In this document: in pieces, positions 55,237 through 64,000 of the stretch
How the letters are laid out: each line of letters begins with the position of its first letter
Position numbering within the stretch: the stretch's first letter is position 1
From: Auanema rhodensis
Lineage: Eukaryota; Animalia; Nematoda
Length of the DNA: 64,000 nucleotides
Reading direction: 5' to 3'
Assembly: GCA_964057225.1 (NCBI GenBank)
Contig: CAXKVF010000084.1
Location: forward strand, 1-64,000
The notes under the pieces: generated by a model
The model's input: the letters and a program-made list of their open reading frames with translations, nothing else
What the model was told of the DNA's origin: nothing
Database searches by the model: none
Position numbers and translations under genes: made by a program

Positions 55237-58200
55237 TTGAAAACCGCATCTCTTTATCTTTCACGTGAAGCGAGTTACATACCAAGTGCACATCACGTGT
55301 ACATTTAATTAGCATAAATTGAAGTTCACGTAAATTTCAAAGTCATGGTTACCATGAAGCAATATCAATAAAAATTTGTTTTTAGACTAATATGGACATG
55401 GGGAATCTAAATTTGAAAACCGCATCTCTTTATCTTTCACGTGAAGCAAGTTACATACCAAGTGCACATCACGTGTACATTTAATTAGCATGAATTAAAG
55501 TTCACGTAAATTTCAAAGTCATGGTTACCATGCACCAATATCAATAAAAATTTGTTTTTAGACTAATATGGACATGGGGAATCTAATTTTGAAAACCGCA
55601 TCTCTTTATCTTTCACGTGAAGCGAGTTACATACCAAGTGCACATCACGTGTACATTTAATTAGCATAAATTAAAGTTCACGTAAATTTCAAAGTCATGG
55701 TTACCATGCACCAATATCAATAAAAATTTGTTTTTAGACTAATATGGACATGGGGAATCTAATTTTGAAAACCGCATCTCTTTATCTTTCACGTGAAGCG
55801 AGTTACATACCAAGTGCACATCACGTGTACATTTAATTAGCATAAATTAAAGTTCACGTAAATTTCAAAGTCATGGTTACCATGCACCAATATCAATAAA
55901 AATTTGTTTTTAGACTAATATGGACATGGGGGATCTAATTTTGAAAACCGCATCTCTTTATCTTTCACGTGAAGCGAGTTACATACCAAGTGCACATCAC
56001 GTGTACATTTAATTAGCATAAATTAAAGTTCACGTAAATTTCAAAGTCATGGTTACCATGAAGCAATATCAATAAAAATTTGTTTTTAGACTAATATGGA
56101 CATGGGGAATCTAATTTTGAAAACCGCATCTCTTTATCTTTCACGTGAAGCGAGTTACATACCAAGTGCACATCACGTGTACATTTAATTAGCATAAATT
56201 AAAGTTCACGTAAATTTCAAAGTCATGGTTACCATGCACCAATATCAATAAAAATTTGTTTTTAGACTAATATGGACATGGGGGATCTAATTTTGAAAAC
56301 CGCATCTCTTTATCTTTCACGTGAAGCGAGTTACATACCAAGTGCACATCACGTGTACATTTAATTAGCATAAATTAAAGTTCACGTAAATTTCAAAGTC
56401 ATGGTTACCATGAAGCAATATCAATAAAAATTTGTTTTTAGACTAATATGGACATGGGGAATCTAATTTTGAAAACCGCATCTCTTTATCTTTCACGTGA
56501 AGCGAGTTACATACCAAGTGCACATCACGTGTACATTTAATTAGCATAAATTAAAGTTCACGTAAATTTCAAAGTCATGGTTACCATGCACCAATATCAA
56601 TAAAAATTTGTTTTTAGACTAATATGGACATGGGGAATCTAATTTTGAAAACCGCATCTCTTTATCTTTCACGTGAAGCGAGTTACATACCAAGTGCACA
56701 TCACGTGTACATTTAATTAGCATAAATTAAAGTTCACGTAAATTTCAAAGTCATGGTTACCATGCACCAATATCAATAAAAATTTGTTTTTAGACTAATA
56801 TGGACATGGGGAATCTAATTTTGAAAACCGCATCTCTTTATCTTTCACGTGAAGCGAGTTACATACCAAGTGCACATCACGTGTACATTTAATTAGCATA
56901 AATTAAAGTTCACGTAAATTTCAAAGTCATGGTTACCATGCACCAATATCAATAAAAATTTGTTTTTAGACTAATATGGACATGGGGGATCTAATTTTGA
57001 AAACCGCATCTCTTTATCTTTCACGTGAAGCGAGTTACATACCAAGTGCACATCACGTGTACATTTAATTAGCATAAATTAAAGTTCACGTAAATTTCAA
57101 AGTCATGGTTACCATGAAGCAATATCAATAAAAATTTGTTTTTAGACTAATATGGACATGGGGAATCTAATTTTGAAAACCGCATCTCTTTATCTTTCAC
57201 GTGAAGCGAGTTACATACCAAGTGCACATCACGTGTACATTTAATTAGCATAAATTAAAGTTCACGTAAATTTCAAAGTCATGGTTACCATGCACCAATA
57301 TCAATAAAAATTTGTTTTTAGACTAATATGGACATGGGGAATCTAATTTTGAAAACCGCATCTCTTTATCTTTCACGTGAAGCGAGTTACATACCAAGTG
57401 CACATCACGTGTACATTTAATTAGCATAAATTAAAGTTCACGTAAATTTCAAAGTCATGGTTACCATGCACCAATATCAATAAAAATTTGTTTTTAGACT
57501 AATATGGACATGGGGGATCTAATTTTGAAAACCGCATCTCTTTATCTTTCACGTGAAGCGAGTTACATACCAAGTGCACATCACGTGTACATTCAATTAG
57601 CATAAATTAAAGTTCACGTAAATTTCAAAGTCATGGTTACCATGAAGCAATATCAATAAAAATTTGTTTTTAGACTAATATGGACATGGGGAATCTAATT
57701 TTGAAAACCGCATCTCTTTATCTTTCACGTGAAGCGAGTTACATACCAAGTGCACATCACGTGTACATTTAATTAGCATAAATTGAAGTTCACGTAAATT
57801 TCAAAGTCATGGTTACCATGAAGCAATATCAATAAAAATTTGTTTTTAGACTAATATGGACATGGGGAATCTAAATTTGAAAACCGCATCTCTTTATCTT
57901 TCACGTGAAGCAAGTTACATACCAAGTGCACATCACGTGTACATTTAATTAGCATGAATTAAAGTTCACGTAAATTTCAAAGTCATGGTTACCATGCACC
58001 AATATCAATAAAAATTTGTTTTTAGACTAATATGGACATGGGGAATCTAATTTTGAAAACCGCATCTCTTTATCTTTCACGTGAAGCGAGTTACATACCA
58101 AGTGCACATCACGTGTACATTTAATTAGCATAAATTAAAGTTCACGTAAATTTCAAAGTCATGGTTACCATGCACCAATATCAATAAAAATTTGTTTTTA

Positions 58201-61200
58201 GACTAATATGGACATGGGGAATCTAATTTTGAAAACCGCATCTCTTTATCTTTCACGTGAAGCGAGTTACATACCAAGTGCACATCACGTGTACATTTAA
58301 TTAGCATAAATTAAAGTTCACGTAAATTTCAAAGTCATGGTTACCATGCACCAATATCAATAAAAATTTGTTTTTAGACTAATATGGACATGGGGGATCT
58401 AATTTTGAAAACCGCATCTCTTTATCTTTCACGTGAAGCGAGTTACATACCAAGTGCACATCACGTGTACATTTAATTAGCATAAATTAAAGTTCACGTA
58501 AATTTCAAAGTCATGGTTACCATGAAGCAATATCAATAAAAATTTGTTTTTAGACTAATATGGACATGGGGAATCTAATTTTGAAAACCGCATCTCTTTA
58601 TCTTTCACGTGAAGCGAGTTACATACCAAGTGCACATCACGTGTACATTTAATTAGCATAAATTAAAGTTCACGTAAATTTCAAAGTCATGGTTACCATG
58701 CACCAATATCAATAAAAATTTGTTTTTAGACTAATATGGACATGGGGAATCTAATTTTGAAAACCGCATCTCTTTATCTTTCACGTGAAGCGAGTTACAT
58801 ACCAAGTGCACATCACGTGTACATTTAATTAGCATAAATTAAAGTTCACGTAAATTTCAAAGTCATGGTTACCATGCACCAATATCAATAAAAATTTGTT
58901 TTTAGACTAATATGGACATGGGGGATCTAATTTTGAAAACCGCATCTCTTTATTTTTCACGTGAAGCGAGTTACATACCAAGTGCACATCACGTGTACAT
59001 TTAATTAGCATAAATTAAAGTTCACGTAAATTTCAAAGTCATGGTTACCATGAAGCAATATCAATAAAAATTTGTTTTTAGACTAATATGGACATGGGGA
59101 ATCTAATTTTGAAAACCGCATCTCTTTATCTTTCACGTGAAGCGAGTTACATACCAAGTGCACATCACGTGTACATTTAATTAGCATAAATTGAAGTTCA
59201 CGTAAATTTCAAAGTCATGGTTACCATGAAGCAATATCAATAAAAATTTGTTTTTAGACTAATATGGACATGGGGAATCTAAATTTGAAAACCGCATCTC
59301 TTTATCTTTCACGTGAAGCAAGTTACATACCAAGTGCACATCACGTGTACATTTAATTAGCATGAATTAAAGTTCACGTAAATTTCAAAGTCATGGTTAC
59401 CATGCACCAATATCAATAAAAATTTGTTTTTAGACTAATATGGACATGGGGAATCTAATTTTGAAAACCGCATCTCTTTATCTTTCACGTGAAGCGAGTT
59501 ACATACCAAGTGCACATCACGTGTACATTTAATTAGCATAAATTAAAGTTCACGTAAATTTCAAAGTCATGGTTACCATGAAGCAATATCAATAAAAATT
59601 TGTTTTTAGACTAATATGGACATGGGGAATCTAATTTTGAAAACCGCATCTCTTTATCTTTCACGTGAAGCGAGTTACATACCAAGTGCACATCACGTGT
59701 ACATTTAATTAGCATAAATTGAAGTTCACGTAAATTTCAAAGTCATGGTTACCATGAAGCAATATCAATAAAAATTTGTTTTTAGACTAATATGGACATG
59801 GGGAATCTAATTTTGAAAACCGCATCTCTTTATCTTTCACGTGAAGCAAGTTACATACCAAGTGCACATCACGTGTACATTTAATTAGCATGAATTAAAG
59901 TTCACGTAAATTTCAAAGTCATGGTTACCATGCACCAATATCAATAAAAATTTGTTTTTAGACTAATATGGACATGGGGAATCTAATTTTGAAAACCGCA
60001 TCTCTTTATCTTTCACGTGAAGCGAGTTACATACCAAGTGCACATCACGTGTACATTTAATTAGCATAAATTAAAGTTCACGTAAATTTCAAAGTCATGG
60101 TTACCATGCACCAATATCAATAAAAATTTGTTTTTAGACTAATATGGACATGGGGGATCTAATTTTGAAAACCGCATCTCTTTATCTTTCACGTGAAGCG
60201 AGTTACATACCAAGTGCACATCACGTGTACATTTAATTAGCATAAATTAAAGTTCACGTAAATTTCAAAGTCATGGTTACCATGAAGCAATATCAATAAA
60301 AATTTGTTTTTAGACTAATATGGACATGGGGAATCTAATTTTGAAAACCGCATCTCTTTATCTTTCACGTGAAGCGAGTTACATACCAAGTGCACATCAC
60401 GTGTACATTTAATTAGCATAAATTAAAGTTCACGTAAATTTCAAAGTCATGGTTACCATGAACCAATATCAATAAAAATTCGTTTTTAGACTAATATGGA
60501 CATGGGGAATCTAATTTTGAAAACCGCATCTCTTTATCTTTCATGTGAAGCGAGTTACATACCAAGTGCACATCACGTGTACATTTAATTAGCATAAATT
60601 AAAGTTCACGTAAATTTCAAAGTCATGGTTACCATGAACCAATATCAATAAAAATTTGTTTTTAGACTAATATGTACATGGGGAATCTAATTTTGAAAAC
60701 CGCATCTCTTTATCTTTCACGTGAAGCGAGTTACATACCAAGTGCACATCACGTGTACATTTAATTAGCATAAATTAAAGTTCACGTAAATTTCAAAGTC
60801 ATGGTTACCATGAAGCAATATCAATAAAAATTTGTTTTTAGACTAATATGGACATGGGGAATCTAATTTTGAAAACCGCATCTCTTTATCTTTCACGTGA
60901 AGCGAGTTACATACCAAGTGCACATCACGTGTACATTTAATTAGCATAAATTAAAGTTCACGTAAATTTCAAAGTCATGGTTACCATGAAGCAATATCAA
61001 TAAAAATTTGTTTTTAGACTAATATGGACATGGGGAATCTAATTTTGAAAACCGCATCTCTTTATCTTTCACGTGAAGCGAGTTACATACCAAGTGCACA
61101 TCACGTGTACATTTAATTAGCATAAATTAAAGTTCACGTAAATTTCAAAGTCATGGTTACCATGAAGCAATATCAATAAAAATTTGTTTTTAGACTAATA

Positions 61201-62276
61201 TGGACATGGGGAATCTAATTTCGAAAACCGCATCTCTTTATCTTTCACGTGAAGCGAGTTACATACCAAGTGCACATCACGTGTACATTTAATTAGCATA
61301 AATTAAAGTTCACGTAAATTTCAAAGTCATGGTTACCATGAACCAATATCAATAAAAATTTGTTTTTAGACTAATATGGACATGGGGAATCTAATTTTGA
61401 AAACCGCATCTCTTTATCTTTCACGTGAAGCGAGTTACATACCAAGTGCACATCACGTGTACATTTAATTAGCATAAATTAAAGTTCACGTAAATTTCAA
61501 AGTCATGGTTACCATGAAGCAATATCAATAAAAATTTGTTTTTAGACTAATATGGACATGGGGAATCTAATTTTGAAAACCGCATCTCTTTATCTTTCAC
61601 GTGAAGCGAGATACATACCAAGTGCACATCACGTGTACATTTAATTAGCATAAATTAAAGTTCACGTAAATTTCAAAGTCATGGTTACCATGAAGCAATA
61701 TCAATAAAAATTTGTTTTTAGAATAATATGGACATGGGGAATCTAATTTCGAAAACCGCATCTCTTTATCTTTCACGTGAAGCGAGTTACATACCAAGTG
61801 CACATCACGTGTACATTTAATTAGCATAAATTAAAGTTCACGTAAATTTCAAAGTCATGGTTACCATGAACCATTATCAATAAAAATTTGTTTTTAGACT
61901 AATATGGACATGGGGAATCTAATTTTGAAAACCGCATCTCTTTATCTTTCACGTGAAGCGAGTTACATACCAAGTGCACATCACGTGTACATTTAATTAG
62001 CATAAATTGAAGTTCACGTAAATTTCAAAGTCATGGTTACCATGAAGCAATATCAATAAAAATTTGTTTTTAGACTAATATGGACATGGGGAATCTAAAT
62101 TTGAAAACCGCATCTCTTTATCTTTCACGTGAAGCAAGTTACATACCAAGTGCACATCACGTGTACATTTAATTAGCATGAATTAAAGTTCACGTAAATT
62201 TCAAAGTCATGGTTACCATGCACCAATATCAATAAAAATTTGTTTTTAGACTAATATGGACATGGGGAATCTAATT
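55237..62276. repeat. Recurring two-monomer marker cassette (TTGAAG / AAATTTG / GCAAG / CATGAA), five copies
   Basis: The ATTGAAG variant G lies at 55321, 57785, 59193, 59721 and 62009 (spacings of 14, 8, 3, 13 monomers). Each is followed in the next monomer by GCAAG and CATGAA; the 59721 copy lacks the AAATTTG change. Confidence 0.85.
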
Positions 62277-62628
62277 TTGAAAACCGCATCTCTTTATCTT
62301 TCACGTGAAGCGAGTTACATACCAAGTGCACATCACGTGTACATTTAATTAGCATAAATTAAAGTTCACGTAAATTTCAAAGTCATGGTTACCATGCACC
62401 AATATCAATAAAAATTTGTTTTTAGACTAATATGGACATGGGGGATCTAATTTTGAAAACCGCATCTCTTTATCTTTCACGTGAAGCGAGTTACATACCA
62501 AGTGCACATCACGTGTACATTTAATTAGCATAAATTAAAGTTCACGTAAATTTCAAAGTCATGGTTACCATGAAGCAATATCAATAAAAATTTGTTTTTA
62601 GACTAATATGGACATGGGGAATCTAATT

Positions 62629-63508
62629 TTGAAAACCGCATCTCTTTATCTTTCATGTGAAGCGAGTTACATACCAAGTGCACATCACGTGTACATTTAA
62701 TTAGCATAAATTAAAGTTCACGTAAATTTCAAAGTCATGGTTACCATGCACCAATATCAATAAAAATTTGTTTTTAGACTAATATGGACATGGGGGATCT
62801 AATTTTGAAAACCGCATCTCTTTATCTTTCACGTGAAGCGAGTTACATACCAAGTGCACATCACGTGTACATTTAATTAGCATAAATTAAAGTTCACGTA
62901 AATTTCAAAGTCATGGTTACCATGAACCAATATCAATAAAAATTCGTTTTTAGACTAATATGGACATGGGGAATCTAATTTTGAAAACCGCATCTCTTTA
63001 TCTTTCATGTGAAGCGAGTTACATACCAAGTGCACATCACGTGTACATTTAATTAGCATAAATTAAAGTTCACGTAAATTTCAAAGTCATGGTTACCATG
63101 CACCAATATCAATAAAAATTTGTTTTTAGACTAATATGGACATGGGGGATCTAATTTTGAAAACCGCATCTCTTTATCTTTCACGTGAAGCGAGTTACAT
63201 ACCAAGTGCACATCACGTGTACATTTAATTAGCATAAATTAAAGTTCACGTAAATTTCAAAGTCATGGTTACCATGAACCAATATCAATAAAAATTCGTT
63301 TTTAGACTAATATGGACATGGGGAATCTAATTTTGAAAACCGCATCTCTTTATCTTTCATGTGAAGCGAGTTACATACCAAGTGCACATCACGTGTACAT
63401 TTAATTAGCATAAATTAAAGTTCACGTAAATTTCAAAGTCATGGTTACCATGAACCAATATCAATAAAAATTTGTTTTTAGACTAATATGGACATGGGGA
63501 ATCTAATT
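62629..63508. repeat. Local dimeric (352-bp) higher-order repeat
   Basis: The TTCATGTG variant T lies at 62656, 63008 and 63360 (+352 each). ATTCG is at 62945/63297 and GGGGGA at 62796/63148. Confidence 0.8.
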
Positions 63509-64000
63509 TTGAAAACCGCATCTCTTTATCTTTCACGTGAAGCGAGTTACATACTAAGTGCACATCACGTGTACATTTAATTAGCATAAATTAAAGTTCA
63601 CGTAAATTTCAAAGTCATGGTTACCATGAAGCAATATCAATAAAAATTTGTTTTTAGACTAATATGGACATGGGGAATCTAATTTTGAAAACCGCATCTC
63701 TTTATCTTTCACGTGAAGCGAGTTACATACCAAGTGCACATCACGTGTACATTTAATTAGCATAAATTAAAGTTCACGTAAATTTCAAAGTCATGGTTAC
63801 CATGAAGCAATATCAATAAAAATTTGTTTTTAGACTAATATGGACATGGGGAATCTAATTTTGAAAACCGCATCTCTTTATCTTTCACGTGAAGCGAGTT
63901 ACATACCAAGTGCACATCACGTGTACATTTAATTAGCATAAATTAAAGTTCACGTAAATTTCAAAGTCATGGTTACCATGAAGCAATATCAATAAAAATT

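Larger units (their letters stand above)
1557..63860. repeat. Uninterrupted run of 354 in-register 176-bp monomers
   Basis: 63861-1557=62304=354x176 exactly. Register also holds at intermediate points checked (12293, 37637, 40453, 44149, 46613, 51717). Confidence 0.95.
1..64000. repeat. 176-bp tandem satellite DNA array (362 full monomers, 2 truncated, 1 partial), likely centromeric/heterochromatic; cut by both window edges
   Basis: The monomer start TTGAAAACCG recurs at 1, 177, 353 ... 881. After the two short units it recurs at 1557+176k up to 63861 (k=354). Single orientation, very few substitutions per copy, 56/176 G+C. The centromeric role is inferred only from monomer size and homogeneity. 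Confidence 0.99.

Noticed and set aside
61645-61827. 60-aa minus-strand ORF (MLIKCTRDVH...)
   Set aside because: Every monomer has this frame, normally closed by TAG after about 34 codons. A single C>A at 61723 turns that TAG into TAT in this copy only. There is no recognisable domain, and 176 is not a multiple of 3, so no array-long frame exists.
1-64000. CRISPR array or variable-cassette system
   Set aside because: There are no unique spacers; the entire 176 bp repeats and the variable site is only 4 nt with single-base alleles. No cas, recombinase or reverse transcriptase genes are present.

Overview
The whole 64-kb window is one head-to-tail tandem satellite array with a 176-bp monomer of about 32% GC by manual count. 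Consensus, phased from position 1: TTGAAAACCGCATCTCTTTATCTTTCACGTGAAGCGAGTTACATACCAAGTGCACATCACGTGTACATTTAATTAGCATAAATTAAAGTTCACGTAAATTTCAAAGTCATGGTTACCATG[AACC/AAGC/CACC/AACT]AATATCAATAAAAATTTGTTTTTAGACTAATATGGACATGGGGAATCTAATT. It holds 362 full monomers, two 74-bp internally deleted monomers (881-954, 1483-1556) and a partial monomer at the right edge. All copies lie in one orientation and typically differ from consensus at 0-3 positions. I found no credible genes, RNA genes, transposons or CRISPR spacers; the single 60-aa ORF comes from one stop-removing SNP. Monomer length, AT-richness and homogeneity fit a eukaryotic centromeric or heterochromatic satellite (inference; I cannot name the family or organism). 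I did not find a new protein-coding system. The interesting content is structural: a dyad-rich monomer with three phased CACGT cores, one hypervariable site next to a palindrome, strict length conservation, nested variable-length higher-order repeats, and a left-to-right turnover of variants. Variant positions were read by eye and are not an exhaustive list.
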